Origin: Antechinus flavipes
Taxonomy: Eukaryota
Reading direction: 5' to 3'
Assembly (NCBI RefSeq): GCF_016432865.1
Contig: NC_067399.1
Location: 578,894,001 to 578,958,000 of the forward strand
DNA: 64,000 nt
Below are positions 13,601 to 25,600 of the stretch, piece by piece. Numbering within the stretch: the first letter of the stretch is position 1; the number at the start of each line of letters is the position of its first letter. Under the pieces are notes generated by a model. That model did not search any database and was not told the DNA's origin. It worked only from the letters and a program-made list of their open reading frames with translations. Position numbers and translations under genes: made by a program.

Positions 13601-16600
13601 CAATACATATTTGCAGAACCGAACAGTTCTCCTGTTCAACATTCATTTTTGTAAGACTTTGTGTTCAAAACTTTTCTCCCTACTTTGCTCTTCTCCCAGA
13701 CAGCAAACAATCTGATGTAGGTAACAATGTGCAGTTCTTTTAAACATATTTCCATATCTGTCATATTATCTTACCAAATTTCTGACTCTTGCATCTTAAG
13801 GCAGTACGGTTTAACAGTTGATGAAAGTGCTGGGCCTGGAGTCAGGAAGAATTGAGTAAAACTGTGGTCTCAGACACTTACTTACCTTTGTGACCCTTGG
13901 GAAATTTTTTTGCTTCAATTATCTCAGCTGTAAATGGGATAATAATAGTACCTGCCTCAAAAGGTTGGAGTGAAGATCAAATGAGATCGTATTTTCAGTG
14001 CTTTGTACGGAGCCTGGCACATAATAAGTTAGATATAAATACTGCCTACTATTATTATGAATTTTCATATTTATTCCTTTGCCTTCTAAATGCCATTCTG
14101 TTTTTCTCCCTTTTACAGTCAAACTGGTTTCTAATGAATTCTGGTCTTCAGTTCTCTGCCTTCTTCCAGGATCTTCTCTTCCCAATTCATCATATTCATC
14201 AATGTCTGATGAATTTTCTTATTACTCCTTTGCTCAAAAACTCTTTTTAGCTCTCCTTATCTTACAGGTGATAAGGTCCAGCTCATTAGCCTCAAGGTCT
14301 TCCATATTCTAGCCCTTAGAATGTACTTTGATTTTTTCCCTTCCATTCCTGCTGTTCACTCATATAGCCATCTAACTCTAGTTAAGCCCTCTTCACTTCT
14401 CACCTGGAGTATAGAGGTGGCCCCTAATTTGTCTCTCTGCCTCCAATTCCCCATTCCAGTCTGGATGGCCGCCCCTTAGAATGATCTTCTATAAAACATG
14501 AGTCTGAATGTTCTACACACATTCCCTGAATTTTCCTCTCCTCTTTCTCTTGGTTGTCTCCTTCCCTCCCCCTCCCATAAAATCCAATGATTTCTTATTA
14601 ACTCTAGAGTGAAATATTAGCTCCTCTATTTATCAGTCAAATCTGGGCCCTATCTTAACTTCCTGGTCTTTTTATATCTTATTTGCTGCATTGCTCTTTA
14701 TGCTTACTAAACTGATCTTATTGTTCCATTTAACTTGCCTTTGCTCTGGCTATCTCTCTTGCTTCTACAATATACTCTTTTCTCACCTACCCTCCTTAGG
14801 ATCCTTGATTCTCCTTCAAGACCCAGCTCAAATGCTTCATCTTTGTGATTCCTTTCCTGATCAGTTCCTTCTCTCCCCTCCCCCCCATATTCTCTCAGTG
14901 TTACCTTGTGTCTCTTATATAGGTGTTAGTATATGCTTGTGTATATGCATGTCTCCCCTGTTAGCATTTTAGATTTAAAGGTAAAAGGGATCTTAAATAT
15001 CATCATAATCTTTTTTTTTAAGCCCTAAAAGTTGTTACTTTAAGATTTTAAAATATGTTCTTGCAACAACCCTGAGAGTTAACTATTGGAAGTGTTATTC
15101 TCATTTACAAGTAAGGAAACTGAGGGCTGGGAGCAGTTAATTGACTAGCACAAAGTCATATACTTGATAAGTCTCTGGATTTCAAGTTGTTCTCTTTTCA
15201 CTTTAAAATCAGAGTTTCATCTCAGTCTGCCTATCAATAGTATCTATTCATCCTTCATGACCAAACTGAGATGTCACCTCCAGTTAAGCCTTCACTGATT
15301 GCCACAGATCCTGGTTCCCTTTTCCCTATATTTCAACCCTTCTCTTTCTGTTATGTCTTCAGGAGCTCTCACTTTATTGTTAACAACTTCCCTAATATTA
15401 GGCTTGTGATTCTCCTATTTTTTCCATTTTATACTCACAAGCACATGGGTTCCCTCTGTCCATGAGAACAGTGTGTCACTGGATGTCCTCTCTAGTGGTT
15501 GACACATTGCTTTTTGTTTCCTACACATTTAACTCTCCAAGAAAAAGGAGCATATTCTGCTCCTTGCTGCTGTGTCTAGACTTTCCTGCCATTGTCATCT
15601 TTTTTGAGGGGTACTTAATTCATTTTTATTGATTGCCCATCTAGACCTTAGAACTCTGTCCTCTGTGTTCCAGTTCTCATACTTTGGGATTTTAGTGTAC
15701 ACATTGATATCCTTCTCAATTCATTATCTCACCTCTCACCGTCCCTCACCTGACACTATCAAATAAGGATGACATGTCATCTGTATGATCTTGCTGGAAG
15801 TCATTTCACATCCCTGAGTCTCAGGTTGCTTAACTGTCAAATGAGAGGGTTAGATTAGATGTCCTCTAAGGTTTTTTCCAGATCTAAATCTGTAATCTTA
15901 TGAATCATCATTTAGAGTTGTTTGATCTCTGATTCAGAACTCTGAAATTTATCTCTCAGACAATAACCATTTTTCTTTTCCCTCCCTTACTTCTCCTAAA
16001 GTTATTTATCTTCATTATGACTTCTATTCACTTACCCCTTCTGCATTCCCAATTTATCTCTTCTTTCTTTGAAATCTTACTTAACCTTATGGGTAACCAT
16101 TCACTAAACTTCTGTTAGCTGCAATTTCAGCATCTGTACAATGAGAAGATTGGATTAGATGACTTCTGAGATCTTTTCTAACTTTAGATAAATGATTGTA
16201 AATTCATTTTTCTCCCATTTTCTTAACAAGTCACTTAGCCTCTGTCTGCCTCAGTTTCCTCAATAATAAAATGAGCCTAATAATGGCACCTGTATTTCAG
16301 GATTCTTGTGGAGACCAAATTAAAAAATATTTTAAAAATGTTTTGCACAGTGCCTGGGACATAGTATATGCTTAATAAATGTCTTGCTGTCATCCTACCC
16401 CTTAACTCCCTTTTAGCTTCAACTTTCTATGCAGTGCCTTCCTGGCTCTCAAATTGTTTTTACTGTCCTCTGAAATTAATTTGAATTAACTTTATATATA
16501 ATTTGTATATACTTATTCAGGGGCTCATATTTTCCCTTCCCTTATAGATTGTAACCTCCTCATTATACAGGATGACTTATTTTGTTTTTGATCTTTATGT

Positions 16601-19600
16601 GCACAGTACTTCAAGTAAAGGGACTTAATGAATGCTTGCTGAATTGAATCTATAGTAACCAATAATTCCTTCTACAATATCCACAGCAAATGGCCTTTTG
16701 ATTTTCTGCTAGTTAAAACCTTTCTACATTGTGTGTTTGGGGGGGAAGTTGAGTATTGCTATTCAGCTAAATATTACCAATTCCTTAACTTTTGTATCCT
16801 TAAGTCCTCTTGAATTCATGATATCCTTCTGGACACACTTTAGTTTGCAGAGCCTTCCCCCTGAACTGCATACGGTATTCTAAATATGATCTGGATAGAG
16901 CTTAATAGAAAAAACTAGCTCTTTCCTTCATTTTGGACTTCAGTGCTTTATCTTCCACTGATTAAAGTTTGTGACTTATGCTTAGTTATATTGTTATTTT
17001 GAATATTTTATCTTCTCAAACTTCTGGGGATCATTTTTTATTTATCTTTCTCTGCCTTACCTTGCACTGCCTTGTTCCAGAAAATGATCAATAGAACTTT
17101 GGTTGAATGAATGTTAGGTATATTTCATGTTTCTTTGTTTTTTAGTAATTTTAAGGTACAACACATATCTGAAGAAAGAAAAAGTGAAGATTCTGTAGCA
17201 GAAACTGTTGTTTCATGTCTTCCAGAAACTAACATTTTAAATGTAGTTAAGGTAAGAAACTTGCCTTTTATCAGTTTTTTTAAGAGTCATTTTTGTCTTT
17301 TTTTTCAGTTTCAGTTTCAGATTTCACATGGAATAAATGCCCTTTCTACAAAAAACAGTGATAATAATAAATGATGCTTTTGCTTTGGAAGCCAGGACTT
17401 GATTAAGAAAAAATTTAGTTTTATTACTCACAACTTTATTTTGGTATTCATCTGAGGTCTAGTATTGAAGTAGAGAACTTTGATTTGTCATGAAACTTAG
17501 GAATCTAGAGAAAGAGTTAGCAGAAATATTTTGTTTTATAATGTTTGTTCTGTCTTTGTAATGATTGAATCGTTGCTAAGTCCCAGAATATAAAGGAATA
17601 TTTTTTTCTGGATATAGGCCTGTAAGTAAAATATTTTTCCTTAGAAATTTCATTTCATTTATTTTTGTGATTGTGTGTTAAGTTTATAGGCTTGTGTACA
17701 GCTGTATACCCAGAAGGTTACACAGATCAAGAAATAATCTTGCTGCTTTTAATGTTCTTGAAAATGAGTTTGGAAAAGCACCTGAAACAAATTGCACTAG
17801 TGGATTTTCAGAGTCTCCTCATAAACCTGTTGAAAAACATTAGAGATTGGGACACAAAGGTAAGAGGTGAACTGCTGAAGAATAATACTAGTTTGGTGTT
17901 ATGAGTGCAGAAGTTTACTTTCCGTGCAGACAGAATAAAAATGTGTTCTGTTTCCAATATAAAACCTAATATTTGGCAAATGAGGATTGACTCAGACACA
18001 GAGAAAGAGACTGCATGTGTTTGTTAATATGTTAAATTTATTAATATGTTAAAAACATGAAAATTATCCTTTTCCATCATCCTTAATCAGAGCTTCCTAA
18101 GTTTAGGACTCACTGGATTTTTTTTTTAATGTTGATAATGATTTCAACAAATTATTTCCTTCATGATCTTGTACATTATACACTTAATTTACATTATTTC
18201 GTTATTTTGAGAAAAGGCCTGTAACACACTTCACTAGATTGTAAAAGAGATGTCATCTACAATGAAGATGTCATCATGCAGTGAACAACTCTTCCTAGTG
18301 CATCCCAAATTAAACTAAAATATAATTGGGAAGTATTTCTCAAAATAAATAAAACATACATAATACTATTAAACTAAGTCAATATGTGGCTCAGTATTTT
18401 GAGAGATCCTTATGTATACATAAGTGACTCGTTTCTGTTTGAATTTCACACTAATGATCTACAACACAAAGATGAACTTCTGCAATAGATCTATAAACTC
18501 AAGTGATTTCTACCTTAGTTTTGCCTTTGTTTATGTGGGAAGGCAGTTTTGGGGCGTTTGCTTATGTGAAATTCTTGGTACAGAGTTAATTGAAGATGTC
18601 TTAGTTCTCTGAAGAACCTAAATTGATTTAGAGAAGAAAGGAGATTTGTATATCAGTATCACAAGTGTTGTATGGATGTAGAATTTTTGTATTTATATTA
18701 TCTGTGATCACAATATTGAACTAACCTGAAGGTTCGAAAACTATTTTCATCTTAGCAAAGAGCTCTAACTGTTCTGTAATAAGTTAATTGGAATCTTTTA
18801 AGTGCTTCTTTGTAATGTACTGGTTTTAAAAGAAGAGATTTGGTATTTGGAGGGAGAAGGTTGGGAATAATAAATGTTAGTCAATGTAAATGGACTTTCA
18901 GCTGTTTAATCCGTGCATGATAACTATCATGAAATAAACTCCTGTTTTATTTTTGTTTTTCAGATGCCTGAACTCTGTATGGCTATAAGTGAGCTGTCCA
19001 CTCATCATCACAATCTTCTGTGGTTGGTACAGTTTGTCCCTAACTGGACAGTACGTGGAAGGTATTTAAAACTCTGGGGAGGAAGGGGAAAAAAGGTTGT
19101 AATAGCATTTACTTCAGAAAAGTGTAAGCTCTTTAGTAGAAGAGAATCTTTCTATTCTTTATACTTGTCTCCCAGCTCTTGGCATTTAGTTGCTTACTAA
19201 ATGCTTATTGAAAGTTCTTTCCTTTTTTCTATTGCTTCTCATTATCTTTGAGTGACAGATCAGTATTATTTCTCATTTTTTTATTGTGATAACATATAGT
19301 ACCAGCAAAAACTTGAGTTTGCTGCTTAATCCGTATTTACTGTCTAGATAATGGTTCTGGAAATCATTCTTGACCTTATAAAATATTGATATAAAATGTT
19401 TCCCCTCTTACATTAGTAATGTTTATTGCTCTGTAATATAATTCTCTTGAAACTATTTTAAAATTGGAATAAATTAAGGACTAAGAAAAATCATGCTTTA
19501 AAAAAATGCTCACCTCCTCTTTAGCTTTCCAAAAATATTGTTAAAAAATAAATGTAATTGCAGTTTTAAATTTAAATTTTAGGCAGGTGAGACAGCATCT

Positions 19601-22600
19601 CAGCCTAGTGATTATTGCTAAATTTCTGGACAAGAAACCTGAAGATATTCCAAGTACCAGTGATTTGCAGGTATGAATATCTTTTTGACTGAGTGTTGGT
19701 TTAAGGATTCACTTTAGGAATTTTAAAAGCCTGGAGCTTCTTGTAATTGCTTTTCACAAGCTACTAAATAATCTTTTTTAAAACTGCTAAAATTTGACTG
19801 TTTAATATTGGTTAATAGTATATGCCATGACATAAGAATTTAACTTTACAGTCTTTTAATGATTCTATTTTGTTTTCCTTCTTGGAAAATTAAAAGACAT
19901 TACAAATGAAGAAAACTCAGTAGAAAAGCACTTAAAATTTGAAATATGTGGTGTTACAGTGGTAGATTTAAGATAATTTGAGTTTGGGATACTTGAATTT
20001 ATAAATACTTTGTGACACATAAATTACTAAGTTATCTGCATAACTTAAGTTATGAGTGATTGGCAGATAATGGTGTTTGTCCCCATGGAAGAAGAAATAG
20101 GAAACAACTAGCTGGGATTCATGTTTTTATTCTTACCCATTTTCCCTTTAAAATATTCAGGTACAGACTTAGAACCACATTAATAATGAATTCTCAAACT
20201 TGGTAATTAGTCTTCAAATGAAAGAGTTTAGTGATGACATATTCAACCCTAAGCATTACATCTCCATTTCAATGATTCATTCATTACTGATTCACTGAAC
20301 ATTCATTACTCCCTGAAGAAATAAGATTTTCATGTAAATGTATAAAAACTCAAAATTTTTACATTTTTGGCCAGCTGGCCCATTCAAACATTTATCCTTA
20401 AATAATAAAAACCTATTCTAACACAAAGTTAGCTGTAAGATATTAAGATCTTTAATTAAAGGAGAGTAATCAGGGGACTCTGTGTGTATGTGTGTATGTG
20501 TATGTGTGTATACACATGAATATGTATTAAAGGTAGGTGTAAGAAGGAAGAGCAATGTAATGCTACCATACTAAAGCTTATTTATTAGTGCCATTCTTAT
20601 AAATTAACATAAATAATTATTCACAAAGAAGGGAACTTAAAAGAAACTTCCACTACTGATACTACTGATAATTCATCTCCTATGTCTTTCATTTGGTAGA
20701 TGTCTCTCCTTTGTCAGTACCTAATGCAAATGAAGCCTTCTGATATGTTAAGGAAAATGATAGCAAAGAAAAGAGGTGAAGAAGAGGGTAACATTACCAA
20801 AAACTGCTTAAATATAGATCTTGAGCAACAGGTATGTTTTAAGACGGGATTATCTGATAAAATACATGTATTATCTCTTTTTTTTGCAGAAGTAGGTGAC
20901 TTTGAAAATGGAATGCTATGTATGCTGTCAGACTTGGTTGATGTGTTGTTTAGCTGAACTGGCTTTTCCAAACCCTTTCATTCTTTATTGTAAGGAACAA
21001 TTTTCTGCGGTTTAGGAAGATTTTCATATCTACATAGAAATGAAATAAAGATGATGTAAAAATAAGGCATTAATAAAATCTTATTTTGAAAGACTTAAGT
21101 TATCTGGAAGCACATGAAAACAAGATTGACTTTTCCATGGGCTTTTTGTAATAATAAATGAATTTCAGGAAGCTGGCCAAAAAGCGAGTCCTACTTTTCC
21201 ATTTATTTCTGCTATGAAATTTTTGAATAAATTGAGTAGCATAAAATAGGTGTCATTATAATTTAAGAGCATAATTCTATATGTTTTTTTCTTTCAGAAG
21301 CAATTTTTTTCAATTACATGTGAAGATAGTTTTCAACATTCATTTTTGTAAGATTTTGAGTTCATTATTTCTCCACCCCTTTCTTATCTCCTCCCTTCCC
21401 AAGACAGCTAACATGTATAAGTTATACATGTACAATTATTTTAACCATATTCCATATTAATCATATTGTGAAAGAAGAAACAGAACAAAAGAAAAACTAT
21501 GAAAAATAAAAAAGCAAACAAACAAAAAGGTGAAAATAGTGTGATCCACATTCAGTTTCCCTAGTTGTCTCTTTGGATGTGGGTGGCTGTTATGGGCCAG
21601 AACTTGAAACAGGTGCTAAGTAAGTGGAATTGAGGAGACAGTGGTTAAATCTAGTTTAGCACTGATTTAATCCTACAACAAATAATGGTTTCCTAGTGAT
21701 ATAAATAATTGGTGTATACTCAGTGTGGAACATGTAAGGAGGAGCTGTCAGGGCCAGAAAGGACAAGCGCATTAGAAGCTTTCTGAGCTTTCTGATTCAT
21801 TCCATCGTCCACCTTTGCTGTGGCTGAAGGCTCAAGCACAAATCTTTGAAAGTTGAGGAGATTTCAGAAGCCAGAGAAGGCATTCAGGCAGAACTAAGGA
21901 AAATAGAGAAGCGGTAGCAGGCTGTCCTGTGGAAAACACTGAAACCAAGATCTGGAAGGCCTCCAGAAAACTAGCCGATCCCCAAGTAAAGGAGATAAGA
22001 TTTTGAAGGAGACAATAAAGGATTTGGACTTTAACTCCTGGCTGCACTTATGATTACTGAACTGAAACTAAAGCTACTTCCAGAAGCCCCCAAGAAACCT
22101 GCTCCCACAGAAAATTACATTTTAGAGAAGAATATTACAGGTGGCATTTTCTATTCCATGTCTATTCGAATTGTGTTGTATCCCTATATGGCTGAGAAGA
22201 CCTGAGTCTCTTATAATTGATCATCATATAATTTTGCTGTAATTGTATATATTGTTCTAATTCTACTCACTTCACTGAGCATCAGTTCATGTAAGTCTTT
22301 TGAGGCTTTTCTGAAATTAGCATCCTATTCATTATTTCTTATTAAACAATAATATTCCATGATTTTCATATACCACAATTTATTAAGCCATTCCCCAATT
22401 GATGGACATCCATTCATTTTCCAGTTGTTTGCCACCATAAAAAGAGATATTACAAGCATTTTTTTACATGTGGATGCTTTTCGCTGCTTTAAGATCTCTT
22501 TGGGGGGCAGCTAAGTGATTTAGTGGATAAAGCACCAGCCCTGAAGTCAGGAGGGCAAGTCACTTAACCCCAATTGCCTCAGGGAAAAGGAAAAAAAAAA

Positions 22601-25600
22601 AAAGATCTTTTTGGGATACAGATCCAGTAGAAACAATGCTGGATCAAAGGGTACGCAATTTTATAGCTCTTTGGGCATAGTTTCAAATTGTTCTCCAGAA
22701 TGGCTAGATCAGTTCACAGCTTCACTGATAATGCATTAGTGTTCCAGTTTACTCACATTTCTTACAACATTTATCATTATCTTTGTCTTAGTCAATCTAA
22801 TAAGAGGAGGTGGTACCTCAGAGTTGATTGCATTTCTGTAATCAGTAGTGATTTAGAGCATTTTTTCACATCTATGTGTTTTTTTTTTTTTAAGTATGTT
22901 TTTCTCTTAAACCAACTTTTTTTTTTTTACTCCTGACTATAACTCTTGAAATATTTACTTTTCCTTTGTTTTGGCACTCAGATATTGTTTTGCTGTTAAG
23001 TAGCTTTGGTGAAAAATTGACCTCATCAGTATAGGTACTCTTGCTTTTTTGCAGATTTCAACCCACCCATGCTTTCCCATTATATGGCTTTTTTTCTTTT
23101 CCTTCTATAAATATGTCAAAGTCAATTCGTACAATTTAATGAATAACATTTATTATTGCAGTGCTCTCAAATTGAAGTTCACTTAATTACATGCCATCTT
23201 TTTATCATTGTAATTTCTTCTATTTTTATGAATTTTTGCTTCAACAAATTTGTTGTCAGCTGTACATAGCTGATTAGGGGAATGATTCCTACATTAGTCA
23301 TTTCCTACCTGTCAGAATTTAATAATTTGTTTTTGTTATATTTGGTGCTTTCCATGTCTTAACATTCCTAACACTGTTTTCAAAGAAAGTATTTGTGATA
23401 TATTAGCATAAGGTTGTGTATTCTACAAGTCTTTTGCTTCTCTTGTATTTTGCTCCCAAACCATATTCTTCAACATTTCCGATCATCCTCCCCTTGGCCC
23501 ACTTGTTCATTGAAGTCACCAAATATTAACATATATGTTGAGTTGATTTGGAAGATTTAATGGAATTCTTTGTAGAATTGACCCCCTCCTCCATCTACTT
23601 TGGATGTTGGCTCTTAAGTTGCAATTAATGTAATTGTGATATTTTTTCATGTTTATCTTGAGCCTTGTAGCAAAGTCCATCTCATGAAATAATGCTTCCT
23701 GTTGCCTCTTATTTACTTTTTAAAGGAGAATTTGTGAGCTATATTTCCATTTAGCTGCAATTTCCTTTTGTCTTGTTTCTTTTAAGTTAAGATCATCACA
23801 GGATAAATACAATTTAGTTCCTCTGGCTGTGTGTCCATTTTTTGGACAGTAGATAAAAATCACTTTACTAAAGTGATTAAAGATTAAATTAAGAATTAAA
23901 GATTAAAATTTATAGATTATATAAAAATAGCATATCCTAGCATCTTCTTGCCCCTTTTCTGCCTTTTGATTACTGTTGTAGCTAGAAGCAGACTGGGACT
24001 ACCCAAGACTGAGGGGCATTTTGTGTTTGTCTTTAATTCATAGGTTTTTGCCATGCCCATGAAATTCATCATCATGGTGATTTAAATTCTCCATTTTTCT
24101 ATATGCTATTCTTTGGAAAACAGGCATGGTCTATTGTCAATATTGTGCTTTAATTCATTCCAGCATGGCAAAACCTGCCAGAGATGGTGGTCCATTGACA
24201 ACTTTTAAGAAGCCAAGTTCTATACTTTTGTGTTATGAAGTCTGGTATTTTTTGTAACAAAATATGAAACCACTATCACCAGCACTAAATCTCTCTATTG
24301 TAGCTGTAGTACTGCTTTAAGAAAGGCTCTTGTTGAAGCAAGGGTAATATTTAGAAGAAATAAAATGAGCTTGTAATTAGATGTTAAACTATTTGCTATA
24401 ATTAAAAGCATAATGGGATTTGGATATAGGAAAGATTGAAGGAAGAGTGCTTAGGTGCTGGAATAACTTAAAGAATGGATGATTGGAATTGTTACTAGAG
24501 GAAGAGAGTATTATTAAAGATATGAGGAAGACTCTGTGCCCTTTGATCCAATAGTGCTACTATTCAGTCTGGGTCCCAAAGAAATCATAAAAGAGGAAAA
24601 AGAACCCACATATCCATAAATGTTTGTAGCAATTAGTTTATATGGTGGCAAAGTATTGGAAAATGAGTGCATGGCTGAAAAAAATGTCCAAAAAAAACCT
24701 GGAAAATTTTACATGAACTGATGGTGAGTGAAGCAAGCAGAACCAGGAAAACATTGTACACAACAACAAAATTGTATGATGACCAACTGTGTAGACTTGA
24801 TTTTTCTCAGCAATTCAGTAATCTCAGGAAATAAGCAATTTTGGGTGGGAAATGACATCTACATCCAGAAAGTGAATTGTGGAGAATGGATGTGGATTGA
24901 AGCATAGGATTTTCATCTTTATTTTTCTTCTGGCTTTTTTTTCTTGTGGTTTTTCCTTTTTGTTCTGCTTTTTTTTTTTTTTTTCTTTCCCAACATAACT
25001 CATGAAAATAAGTTTTTTAAAAAATCAATACACATGTATAATAATTTTTTTAAAAAGGATTGTGAGAATGGCAAATGAGCATAGATTGTATGCTAGAATT
25101 TGACAAATTTTAAATGGTACAATTAAGGTGGTGAATACAAGTTGAATTGTAGTAGGAAATAGAATTGAGCAGGTTAAGATTATGAAGAAACATCAAAGCT
25201 TGGTAGAAATCTAAACTTAGCCATTATAAATTGGGCAAAGGAATGATGATCAAAGTCTTACTGTAAGAAAATCAATTTATCTTGTGCAATTGGTAGCAAG
25301 AATATAACATGTGTACCTGAACTGTGGTGGTGGTAGAAATGAAAAGTGAAGGAATGAATCAAATATTCTGAAAAAGATATTAAGATATCTGATAGGTTGA
25401 ATATATGTAATGGAAAGCAAAGAATTACTTGACAACTCTAAAGTTTCTTGCTTAGGAGATTAGAAATATATAGTCAGTATGACTAAAAAATAAAAGCCAA
25501 GAAATGGAACTGATGAGTTTGAAGTTAGCATATTCAGCCTCAGTCACTTAATACTTAACTAAAACTGTGTGATCCTAGGCAAATCACTTAACCCAATTTC

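Larger units (their letters stand above)
11300..17113. mobile_element. Repeat-dense intron 11: fragmented L2 segments interleaved with MIR, WSINE1 and L1; sense L2 3' end at about 17075-17113
   Basis: Pyrimidine-rich L2 ORF-like tracts, MIR cores (e.g. 13820-14060) and the terminal gttgaatgaatg motif; boundaries approximate. Confidence 0.5.
21290..22930 (-). mobile_element. Older L1 (ORF2 3' end + 3'UTR), interrupted by a solo LTR and a WSINE1
   Basis: Antisense L1 motifs (cattcatttttgtaag, agcatcagttcatgtaagtcttt, ccaattgatggacatcc, gtggtacctcagagttg); host sequence resumes after each insertion. Confidence 0.8.
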
